DNA of 64,000 bases from NCBI GenBank assembly GCA_030141605.1, contig JAQGDQ010000116.1, positions 248,001 to 312,000 on the forward strand. Direction: 5' to 3'. The position numbers and the translations under genes are program-made. Of this stretch, positions 39,004-51,400 are shown in pieces. Positions within the stretch are counted from its first letter, which is position 1; the number at the start of each line of letters is the position of its first letter. Source of the DNA: Tubiluchus corallicola. Taxonomy: Eukaryota; Animalia; Priapulida. The notes below the pieces were generated by a model that was not told the DNA's origin, searched no databases, and saw nothing but the letters and a program-made list of their open reading frames with translations.

Positions 39004-39412
39004 TAAAAACAATGTTACTTTCATCAGAGCTGAATTGTTGTTGTGGTTTCAACCAGAGAATGAAATATCCGTTCTCTTGTTTCAGTCAAGTGGTTTCTGA
39101 CTATTTAATTTTTTAGCACAAAATGACATCCTTTGTTTAGCTAGTTCACTTTTGTTATGTTACTGATGTATAAATTATAATAATAACGAATTTCATTTAC
39201 TATACTAATAGCATACGGATTAAACAGCGGCACTTCATTTAAAAAACAATTTTCTTTTGATCTTGTTCGGTTGTTCCCAAAATCTATGAAAACTGTTACG
39301 TAGCCTATGTGTAGATATCAAATTATCATAGTATTTATATTTGGACGGCAAGGAGTCATAATTATGACTCATGTTTTATTGTTTATATCCCCTCTTAATA
39401 CACTATTAGGCC

Positions 39413-39763
<351 letters not shown>

Positions 39764-41227
39764 GGGGAGAGTGCCCCATAGCGCACCCCTTAAGGTTTGA
39801 AGTGTTTTTAAAGCTAGTCTGTTGCATAAAAGTTTATTCGTAGTACATTATATCATTTGATGAAACAGACTTTAAAGTTTGTTTACTATCAATTTCAGGC
39901 TGTTTCAATCTTAAAATTTTAAATTATTTGACCAAAAGTAATTTTCGTCAAAAGTGGGCGCTTAGGGGAACATTGTTCCTATAACGCACACCCTGTGTTC
40001 CCAAAGCGCCCATAGCCGTTTGTCATATGGTTACGTAGTTCCCATAACGCCCACTGCAACAGGTAAAATGTTCCTATAACGCCCACTACTGTGAACGATA
40101 GATTTAATTTAGCAAATAACAGCAATGTCACTCAGTCTACATTTCTTGTCATTTGTAATTTAACAGTATAATATTGATTTTATTTTGCACATTAGCTCAT
40201 TTATCTGTTACCTGTAGGCACAGTTTTATGTTCAGAAGTCAGTTAACAAGGATTAAACAATGAATTAGAAATTTTAAATGCTACAAGTGTTTCTTAATTT
40301 TGCAATCCTGTGTTGTTAATTCTTCACAATAAAAATTTTATTATTCGAAAAATACAGAAAACTTTAAAAATTTTAATTTTTTGGAAAATGTAGATCGATC
40401 ATGTAACAAAAAACTACCTGTTAGCAGTTGGCATGTATTTAAAAACACGATACAGAATTATTTACTTAATTAATTCTAGCCGTATTTAAAGTTCGTACAG
40501 AAACAGAAAGCAAACTTTGAGTATAAATTGGACGTAAAATGCCAAATTTATAAACAAACAAGAATTATGTTATTTTGGAACAATTCACATTGTGTCAGAT
40601 TTATATAATCACACACGTCATAACCATTTACTTTGTAAAGCTATAAATTGAGAACCTTACAATCTCCTAACTTTCACTTCAATGAGACTGGGAGCAATGA
40701 TAATTCGACGATGATTTTTATTAACTTTCGGTAACATCAGTTGCTCTGTCCAAAACCTAATCAGTTCAAAAACCAATAAAGAGTTGCGTATAATTAGCGG
40801 TATTATTAACTGTGCATTAAGCGCCCCACCCAGGGTGCGTTTTGGGAACATCAAGGGTGGGCGCTTTGAGCACATAGCCATTTTCTTGTAAAAGATGATT
40901 TTAAAAAACATGTAACAACAATAACGAAGTTAATGAATCATGGGTAGTAAATTAATCACTCTTTGAAGCAATCTAAAAACCTGGCCACAGACGTTCATTT
41001 GTTATCACACTTTTTAGTACACCCAAAAATTAGATCAAACAGAGGCAAAATATGTGAGTCTGGTGCTCCTTCCTTTTTTAGCCCGCACACCTCGTTTGCA
41101 CTGGTCACAATCAGAAAATGCATGTCGAATAAAACAATGTTAATTTTGGTACGTGTCAATTTGTAATTTCCCTAAAATTGGCAGGTGGGCGCTTTAGGCA
41201 CAGTGGGCGTTATAGGGCACTCTACCC
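39764..41227. mobile_element. Non-autonomous TIR DNA transposon (1464 bp) inserted in an (ACTT)n tract
   Basis: Left end GGGGAGAGTGCCCCATAGCGC matches the reverse complement of the right end GGGTAGAGTGCCCTATAACGC at 18 of 21 positions; about 10 subterminal ATAACGCCCAC/GTGGGCG motifs; TA on the left and AA on the right (likely a mutated TA target duplication); ACTT repeats on both sides. Confidence 0.85.
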
Positions 41228-43586
41228 AACTTACTTACTTACTTACTTACTTACTATTATTGCAACATTATGGAACACAAAAAACTGAATTAAATCAATT
41301 TTGCGTTATTAGTCAATGCAATTATGTAGACATGGACTTGCTTGACCAATGTATACAATAAAATTCATGTATATAAACATACAGTACTTCCTAATTACCT
41401 ACGCAGCTCAGCTATAACAAATGTGCGCTGGATTGATGACAACCTTATTCATAAAACCCATTTTACATAGGTAAGCCTAAATTCGTCTTGCCTGGCACAA
41501 AGATCCACGTTGAGTTGGTCCTGTAGTCGAATACTCAGTGGAAGCTGGTAAGACAAGCTTGCAGTTTGTATAAACAAGACGGAATGAATTTAGATCCGAA
41601 TTTGCGAGCGTAACGCCGTGGCCACGGTTACAGTTAAGTATAGGCACGGAGTTAACTCTAATTAGTGTTTAACTCCGTGGCATAGATCTACCTGACTTAA
41701 AGGACAAAGCCGTTTTCTCTAATTTTCACATTTTGCTTCCTATCTCGGGCCTTAAGAATCTCAGCTTTTTTTAAATTCCAGGTGCACATCCACCTTAGAA
41801 TACCTAAATAGCCTACTTATAGGAAAAACTGAATTTAACTCAAAGCCCTGGGGGAGACGAATGGCAATCGAAAAAACTGACGGTTGCTCAGTTTCCTTTA
41901 TCCCTTTGACATAAATCACCGTCCACCAAGCCACTTTGAAGGCCCTACGGCCCCTATCCTACACGTATCTACCCTGTAAGTTTCGTAACTCTAGCCCTCT
42001 GCATTTGTAGTATGAGCGTATGAGCACAAATTAAATAGTGGAAAACTGGATGTCTAATATAATGAAATGAAAAAATTAACCATATGGGTTCTCCTAGATC
42101 CACGGTAGTGCTCGCTGATAAAAATGTCATACATGTACACACAACAATCACGCATTGCTGAGACAAACTTGAAACTAGGTATTGCTGACTCCAGATGCTG
42201 CGCATGTACAGTACTGTAGATGTTATTTAAGTCTACATTACGTATAAATTAACTAATGCTAAAATTAATGGGCGATTAGTTAGAGTCTTAGACTACAGTA
42301 CTAATAATGAATGGTCGTAGAAAACAAACGACTTTTTCAGTTTAGCAATTTTCTTGTCAGTCTTTAACTATGTTTTGCACACAAATGTTGATCGTAGGCT
42401 GGTAATTTTGGAAAATTACCAAAATTTTATCATAGATGCAGGGGCCAATAATTATTCATTGTAAATTATTTTCCGGTAAACCTAGCTAACCAAAAAGAAT
42501 TTACTGCTAGACCGCGAAACAATATGCAGAAATTTACAAAAGAAAACGCGAGTGTAACCTATTGTAAAAGCTATACCTCCATAAATTGTAATTAGACCGG
42601 TTGTGACCCCTCATGTTCTAAGTCAGATTGTCGTGAACGTTAGCGCTATAGGGGCCATGGACCTGGCTGCAAAATGAAAACATGGCATATTGCTTGAACT
42701 GAACCACGATACTACGTCGTTGACAAACTTTTAATCTAAAAACTGCTATTTTGATTTCGTATTGATTCAACAGCTTTGTATTGATCAAACAAAAAACATT
42801 TTAAAAATGAACGTTTTGTTCCTGTTAACAATAGTAGCATGTGGATGTTCCGTGACTCTGATGATTATGTTATTGAACAGAATTATTAAAACACTTTATC
42901 TAGGCAACGTGTGTTCGGCAGTAATTGATTTCGTTTTTAAAAATGCTTTGTGCATTAGCATATTAGATGGTGATGAAGGTAAGCATTTTGGCTATCAAAG
43001 GACATGCATAATTAATGGGACATTGTTTTATGCCAACTAGTAATTGGTAGATTATGACTTGTTGGTTATAATTAATTAATGCATAGTTGATTAGTGACTT
43101 GGCGCACTTGAATCGCTTGAACTGGAGAACAGAAGCAGCAAGGGTGCTTCTTCTGACTCAAGTTATTAAACTTTGGTGTCAGTTCTTTACTTCATTGTTT
43201 GCTTATAGTTCGGCAAAGATTGCAAGCGGCTCTTGACCTGTGCATGACTGCGTTATGAAATAAATAAACACGAGACTATAATATGGTTTTTATGTTGTGT
43301 AAAGTGTTATAAAAATGATAAGAAACATTGGACGTAACGTTATTGCGTATTTTTAGATTATCAGTCACATGTTCACGAGTTTCATAAAACAAGCAGAGTG
43401 AGCCTAATGTAAAGTAATTTTGTGAGCAATGTTACAACCTTAAACGACAGCTTGTGAAATCTTCTTTAGAAAACAAATTAGTAGGGTCAACTATTTTGGG
43501 AGCGAAATATAACGCGAAAGACCAGACAGTGCATCAGTAACAACTGCACAAAAGAAGATTACTAAAAAGTTGTAACGTGTTTGAAG

Positions 43587-43617
43587 ATATTATTATTATT
43601 ATTATTATTATTATTAT
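43587..43617. repeat. (TAT)n microsatellite
   Basis: Directly visible. Confidence 0.9.
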
Positions 43618-44556
43618 GAATAGGAAAACGGTGTATTTTTCCGACTATCGTCGTCTCACTTCAACACCATTCGGTCGACTAAGGGAACGTTTCCGTAGGA
43701 AAAATACTGTCAGACATGGTACGTAATTAAATTTCAATATCATGTCTTGCTTAAAAGTTAAAGACACATTGCTTAGCAAGATTAAGCAGAACCTGATAAG
43801 TACATATGTGCTCCTTATACGCATAATTATGTGCAAATCAGTGCATATCTTCACGTTACAAGAGCAGTTTCAGCTTTCGTTCTCAATAACAAATTTTGTT
43901 ATACAGTTCCCGAGAGTGATTACACGAAGCTTACCAAATTATTTTTAATTTTAGGCCTCATTTTCTACTTTCTAATACATTTAAAAGTGTTTATTTAATA
44001 TTATACCAGAGGACATTGCAAGTTGTCCATTGCAAGAGACCTGTGGTGTATTCCCTTTTATTTACCTTTTCTATTAGTGGTTACACTCGGTCAGTGTTAT
44101 TTTGGCAATGAAAATCGGTAGTGGCTGCTAACAAGTTATTGCTTACACTGATGATTTTTCACCGCTTCACCTAATAATCTAATCTAATGTTAAAGTATTA
44201 CATTTTTCTACATTTTGGGCACACTGCACTGCTAGCCAGGATTCACCGCTTCGACGCCAAGGGGCTTGCTATTCACATTGATGGAAAATTACCAGGGTAG
44301 TCTTCTGACATGAGTGGCTGAAACATGAACAGATTAATGTGTTTTAATTGAAAACATTAGGTACGCACAGATTGTTCTTCGGTAACAGAAATAACAGGGA
44401 GACATTAAGACAAACGAAACTGCCCTAAGCAATTTCACTGGTGCTTATCTATCCATTTGCTAACCAAGACTGTTACTGCTTAACTTTGTAGTCTAGCTAT
44501 TATTCAGCCATTCCCTCGTTCCTGGTGATTTACATTGCTGGAAGATGTAATATACT

Positions 44557-44940
44557 CAGGGCCGGCCATGGCATTATTATGACATTTTTGGGCCCTATGC
44601 TAACGAAATTATGACTCCTCAGATGAAGCCATCCTCTAATTTGCATGCGCCCATCTTGAATATTTTTACACATGATATATGTCTTACATTTTAACAACAT
44701 TTACATAGTTTGAGGTAAACTTATTACAAATTCTTTAATTAAACAAGAATAGCTATCATTTGTTTGTCAATAAAAATATTCTTTAAAAAATGCCATTACT
44801 ATTTATTGCAAATCAAATTACCAGTTATCCAACACAACCGTAGTAAAAAAACGGATTTTTGCCAAATGTTGCCAAGCTCTGAGAGCTCTAGGGAGCTTTA
44901 GGTTGCAGTCTATACTAGCCTATAGGATAATCAGGCCCTA
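44557..44940. mobile_element. hAT-type MITE (384 bp)
   Basis: Ends CAGGGCCGG ... TCAGGCCCTA, flanked by a near-perfect 8-bp target duplication AATATACT (44549-44556) / AATATAGT (44941-44948). Confidence 0.75.
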
Positions 44941-47496
44941 AATATAGTGTAATGCAATCTAATCTAATTTAATTTAATACAATCTAATTAAAATCAACTT
45001 TCTAATAACCTTAACGTAGAAAGTTGGAAATTTTCAAGACAAGCTTGCTAAAATTCTGAAACTGCTCTTCTTCGTATCATTATTCTTAATGAACTGAAAA
45101 AGTGGGAAAGTAAAAACCGTTGTTATCCTCAGTTTGGCCGGTAACCCAACTTTTGACCTACAAACGCTCATGCGACCTATCGCAACATTTATTATTAGAA
45201 TACGAAAATCGTATCCCTTAAGTACTAAAATGAAACTTGTATTGTTACATTCAGTAGAAAATATTGCCCTAAAAGCAGCCATAAAAATATTCAGCCTAGT
45301 AAATTTGACCTAAGCCCATATATCAACCTCGCCCATGCAGAAGTTTGCTGTATCTTATTACGTTGCTTAGAACAAGCATCAGAATGAAATTTTGTTTTTT
45401 TACGTATATGTAATTAAATAGACATAAAGCTCACTATGTGTCACGTTAGTCAAATTTAATAGGAATCGGTAAAAGTTTTGACATTCTAGGTTATGTTGAC
45501 ACATTATATAGGGACGAACTAGTCAGTGTAGTGGAATCGAAACGAAAGTTTCGACGATACACAAATCGCCATTGAAACAGTTTGCCGGTGGTACAGTTAG
45601 ACATCGGTACAGTTCGCCAGTGGTATATTTTGACAGTATAACAGTTCATCAGTTAAGTTTCTTTGCTATGTCATTACCTTATTCCTTTACCAAAATTTTG
45701 AATTTTGATTGCAATAATGTGGCTGCGTTATTTTGGAAAAACACTATAGACGGTAGTTAGGTGGGAAGAGTTACACGATTCCTACCTTTCTTGTAGCGAT
45801 TGCGAAACATTAACACGAGGTGCCATTTGGAAACTAACCCGATCTTGACACATTTTGAAATTTAAATTTGTGTAGTATATTAAGCAATACCATAAATTAA
45901 CCTACTCTGACTCTTCCTAAATTTCAGAGAATGTAATAATGGCCTCTCTATTGCTTTTCTTTTTTCTATTTTTACATTTCAAGAAAAGGGTAAAAAATAA
46001 CTCAATACAGCTGAGCACGGTTTGCACTAAGACGATGCTTACCTGACTTTTGAGCGAATCTACAGATGCTGCTATGTCCATAGTTCTGAGTTGACCTATG
46101 AACAGCAGTTATTTTCATACAATGACACATTGCCCATTCAATTGAATTCAGTTCCATTCATACAATATATAAGTATATAAGCATTTAAGTTTGGAAAAAA
46201 TTCGCTAGTATATGTGTAATGCACAGTATATGCGTAATTCTTGTTCGGGCTTATACTGCCAATGATTAAATGGATTCGGTTAAATTTAACGTTTTTTATT
46301 TTGAGAAATTTTGATATATGAATTTTTTATTTCATTTTTATAATCTTCCGTCAAACACACAGGTTTGTGGCCGGTCTTATCAAAGAAACAAAATCGATAA
46401 ATTTGTATTTATATATTCGCAAACGAGGCAAATTTAAAGTACATTTAGGCTTACTACCACAAATTTGATCAAATTAACGGTACATAGTCACTGACGCCTG
46501 ATTTCATCAAGTAGAATAATTATTCACGATCTTCTACATTAAATTTTAAAGCGATATTATTAAAAGCAATTATCTCCAAGCAGCTGCATGTACGAATATA
46601 TGCTGTGATACTGCAATGATTGATTGATCATTATTAATTAATAAGGTATTTCTTTTATAGAGGTAATTATGGCAGATTTGGGTACACTGGCCAATTCATC
46701 ATCATGTATGGCGTAATGATTCGATTTTGTGGTTTACCTGGATTAGAAATTTAACATGTTCGGCAAGAAAGTGGTAATTAGATGATCTGATTTTGTTTGT
46801 GTGACAACAATGTGGCCATAGTTTTATATCTGTTTCCACAGCTGACGTAGTAAAGCATCTTATTATCTTATTATGGCAAGAATTGTATCCCATTCTGGAA
46901 GAATGTCATTGTGCTCGTTCATAAATATACATACGTTTCGAGTTTTGGAATTTGGCATAATGTCGAGTCGTACTCGAAGCGCAATTTACGTTGGGGGGTT
47001 TGCACTATGCAACAAAATGAAAAAGAAAGCACAATACACTAGCAGCAAGGTAACATATTAAAATATTAATAACTAATATAAGTTTACATGTAATGATAAT
47101 TTTCTTTCTGTACAAGTAAGTGCTTCCAGATAGCTCATTTCCTCTGCTCCAAGTCCAACTAAAGTGGTACTTTATAGTTATTATTTACTAGAATAATCTG
47201 ATTTCTTAAACGCTAAATTGAGATTCAGCTACAAAATTATATCAAACTATCATTTCGAGGTATTGACAAATCATCTAGCTAAATGGCTTACGAAAGTTGC
47301 AAAATGACAAGCAGACCAAAGGAGCCGCAAGATAAATAAAGCTATTGATTAGACGCCGGTTATTAAAATACTCTATTTTGTTCATTGACTATTACTCAGA
47401 ATCACAAAGTTAATTATGTAACAATCAACTCCGAAAAGTCTACCAACACTGGTATGTCATCAGATAATTGCATGAATATTTACGTTAATAAGTTTC

Positions 47497-47504
47497 TATA
47501 TAAG
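47497..47504 (+). promoter_or_regulatory. Possible TATA box for a DAAM 5'-UTR exon
   Basis: TATATAAG directly before a CpG-richer patch (about 47510-47880), about 950 bp upstream of the acceptor at 48446. The ATG exon starts with an acceptor, so an upstream exon should exist. Confidence 0.25.
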
Positions 47505-48460
47505 CGAAGTGGCGCTCCTTTAGGCTAAGTGGGCGCCAGCACAGGTCTCTCCAAATCCGTTTAAGAAGCCAGCATTATTCATAAATAGGCACTGGGCTTC
47601 CTGTGTATGCGATTATTGCTGGTGATTAGCGCATATTGTACGCAAGTACTTATTTGTATGCTTAAGATATTAGATATCGCCGGCTTCTACTGGTATTTGT
47701 GTCGCCGGGACAGCCTCATTTTAATGTGCGAAAAGACCGAGCACATGCAGCCGCTATATGGTTTTCGTTATGCTACTAGCGAGTGTTTGCTGAGTTTTTT
47801 GCGTGAATCAAAACTTTACAATGATTTCGTTCGAGAAAATGTTTGATATGAAGTGCACGCCAGCCCCGTTTGTTAAATGTGGGTATTAAATTTTAATAGT
47901 GTAAAATTAATTAATCATTCAGTTATTATGAAGATTATAGTAAAAGGCATAAAGCCTGAATTTTAAGAATGCGTAATAATAGTTGTTTGAATTTACCTGG
48001 GCTGTAATTTAAGTGTCAGCTTGACTGTCACTAACACTCGGCGTTTTAGTATTGCTGGTATGTAGACACTAAAATATGGTCGGGCATCAGAAATTGACCG
48101 AACAAATCACGCAGAATTTATGTTATACTAACGTAGTTTGGTAACAAGTTTATTATGTATTAATGCCCAGTATTTCACTACACTGCAGGCGTGGTCAAAG
48201 ATTTGGTTATACAGTAGTAAATGACTTCTTACAACTTCTTTGCGCTCACGGTTGGGACACTTTCTTGTTGCCTGAAAAGTGTTATGCTGTAACTTCAGTT
48301 TTCTGACGTATCTACACACGAAGTTCCGACGCTCATCTAATAAAGAATATATATTGCGAGGTTCAACTGTCGCATTAAGGTGTTGGCTTCTTAGTTTCTC
48401 TGTCTAAAAATTGCATATGCATTCAATGTGATTTTCATTTTCCCAGATTCGTTGGAAGAG

Positions 48461-51400
48461 ATGCCAAGAGGGGGATGGGCAGGGCAACTTTTATGTTGTG
48501 TACCTGGATACCAAACAACTAGCTTTCACAGCCCTGCTCCTAGTCGACGATCTATTGAGACGCAGTCTACAGATCTGACTCAACAACTCCCTGACGAGGA
48601 GGAACTCAATCAAAAATTTCTAGAAGTAATTGTAAGTACATGTGCAAGCGTACATATTGTAACCTACGTACTTTAAAGCGGTAAACACTTGTGTACAATC
48701 GTAAAAATCAAGTATGTTTGTAAGTTGTAAAAATGTAAACTTTGTAAAGGCAGTCAGTGTCACCTGGGCAATGGGCTAGTGGATACTCGAGCATTGGACA
48801 TTTTGGCAGTGCCGTAGTGCACTCTTGGACTTTGGACAGTTAAGATGTGAATCGGGCAGTAGGAAATTAGTGTAGTGGACATTTGGGTGATATAACCTTG
48901 GACAGTGGACAGTTGGGGCAATGGACGTTTGGGTAGTGGCACGTGGGCAGTAGACATTTGGGCAGGAGGATATTTGGGCAGAGAATAAGTTAAGCGGCGC
49001 AAGTGCAGAACATTTTTGCAGAGGAACATCATCAGTCTGCAGGTAACTGTTGAGCAACAAACGGCAGATGGCAGGATAAACTGGGGACTTGCTTAAAGGG
49101 ATTGTGTACATTTGCGTAGTATACATAACGATAAAAACCAAAGGCATTTTACAGTGGTATAAAACTAAAATGTAGACACAGCTTTGCTCAAAACGAGGTA
49201 ACTAAACTTCAAAATGGCCTTCTATAGAAGAGAATAAAACAGAATACGATAGAAGAGAAGAGAATAAATTGAAAAGAGCAAAAGAGGACAAGACGAAATG
49301 GGACAGGACAGAACAGAGCAAAACCGAGCAAAACAGAATAAAACAAAACGGAAGAGGTCAATGCTGCACAACAAAATAAAGCAGAATGGAACTGAATACG
49401 GCAGAAGAGTATTCAACCAGTCCCGCATAACAACAAACGTTCTAACAACACTTATTTAGTGTTCTAAATTATTGATATTTATCCGCGAGCAGCGCGGATC
49501 AAAGAGAACATATACGCTGAATTCGTATACTTTATTGTTGTCGTTGTTCTGTTGGCTTTGTTTTGTTTTGCATGCCCTTTTAGACCCACACATTAAATAA
49601 CTCGAAAACGAATAGTGCTTGGGTCCTGAAACTTACAGGGTTGTCACCTGGTTACAGAATTGTGGTCGAAGACTCCAGGAAACAGGACATTAGTCAAATC
49701 GAATTATAACATTGAATAACCTGGAGACTATAGTGTGTAGAGCTAGTAATAGGGAGTCAGACAATCGTGTTGTTAAAAAGCTGGTGGTATTATTTAAGGG
49801 CTGGAGATAGGGCTGCTCTGTTTACTTATGTAAATTAAATAATATTTTCGATTAAATACGTATAAATACAATTTCATTAAACGCGAATGGGATCCAGTTG
49901 AAGACTTAACAACCCGAACAGTTTCATTTGAATCCAAGTAAAGTTGAATTTATTTTACATACAGTTTATCTGCCTCCTAATGTTTTTCTCTTTTTGGTTT
50001 ACCCAAGACATCCAGTCAACTGTACGATCCTCAGTTAGAGCATAGCCACTGTACCAATGCAGATAAAACTTCGGGGTCGAATCGCGGGACTTTATGGGCC
50101 AGACAATAAGCAAAACTAGACGCGCTCACGGTTGTAGATCTGACGGGCGGGGGAGGAGGGGTTCTCTTGTCGTGTTTAGCGAAGAACGCGAAACTGAAGT
50201 AATACCTTACATGCAATAACAGTAAAAATGATAGTTATTGTATTTAAAATAAATTCACTAAACTATTTAAAGGTCATATTTTATTATTACAGGAAGAATT
50301 AGATCTAAGTCCTCTAAATCGAGAAGCAATGATCAATCTACCAGTGGAGAAGAAGTGGCAGATTTATTGCACACAACGCAATTTCCGGGTGAGTAGGCCA
50401 GATAAAGAAATTTTCATATAAACGTAAATTCCTCAGTAAAAAAGGGGAAAAATTGTGGGTGATAGCGTAGTCTATTCTATTAGAAACAAGCTAGAAGTGC
50501 TATTTAACGTTTAAGCGATAAGAAAGTCATTGCTAATAAACACAAATATTAGCTACAGCAAGACAATTAAACAATGTAAAAGGTGAAACTGCAAGGTGTA
50601 TGTATCGTACTTCGTTATGCCTACAAAAGCTGTTTTCCAAAATGTACAGCACATCAATGAGATGACTTCTGGTAGCGATATGCAGAATTTTAGCTGGCAT
50701 GTAAAAAGCTGGCAATGAAAAGCAACAATGACAGTGCAGTTAGATTCCAAAATTTCTCTTTGACGTGTGACTGTCCAGTAAACGAGATATTCAAATTCAA
50801 GTGAGTGTGAACTTTGTACGATTTTGCAGTATTCATTAGAATTCATTTGGTGATGTAAGCTGTTAACAAAAAATGAAAATTTCTATGAAATCCAAAATTT
50901 TTTTTGAAAATCTATGCACTTTTATGACACAAGATGCTGAAACATGTGTGGACGAACGCGCACGTTTGAGGTTTCTTGGTTCCCACGAACTTGGCGTCTG
51001 CAGTCTTGGTGTCTCGTCACAATTTTGAGGTCTACAGGCGCCGAGATCCACGCACTTCATTTGCAGGCACCTAAGCATCAATGATGCCAGTTCGTTTTTG
51101 AAAGTTTTCCCTCGAATGGGATACTATTATACGGAGTTTGAATGGGATACTATCGTACAGTGTTCAACCATGATGGCAGGACCTGATATTTAACCAAAGG
51201 TTGGTGGGATACCTTCAGGCATGGTTGACTCGATTATTGTATAGCAGCAGTACCAGTGCCGCCTGTTTCTATTAAGGGGTTGGTATCTATACATGTATCA
51301 CTTCCATTTTTCAGAGTTTTGTAATATGGCTTCTTGAAGAAGTTCGAGTTTAGAACTATGCATGTGACTTATCTTAGATGGCATTCGTGTTTTTAATTTT

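Noticed and set aside
41591-41604. TAGATCCGAATTTG, identical to the 3' part of miR-10
   Set aside because: The seed (ACCCTG) is absent and no star arm lies downstream; it abuts a local inverted repeat (41477-41593).
45510-45563. TCGAAAC-GAAA-GTTTCGA hairpin, possible hammerhead ribozyme
   Set aside because: The CTGANGA core is missing (GGGACGA instead) and the other helices cannot be formed.
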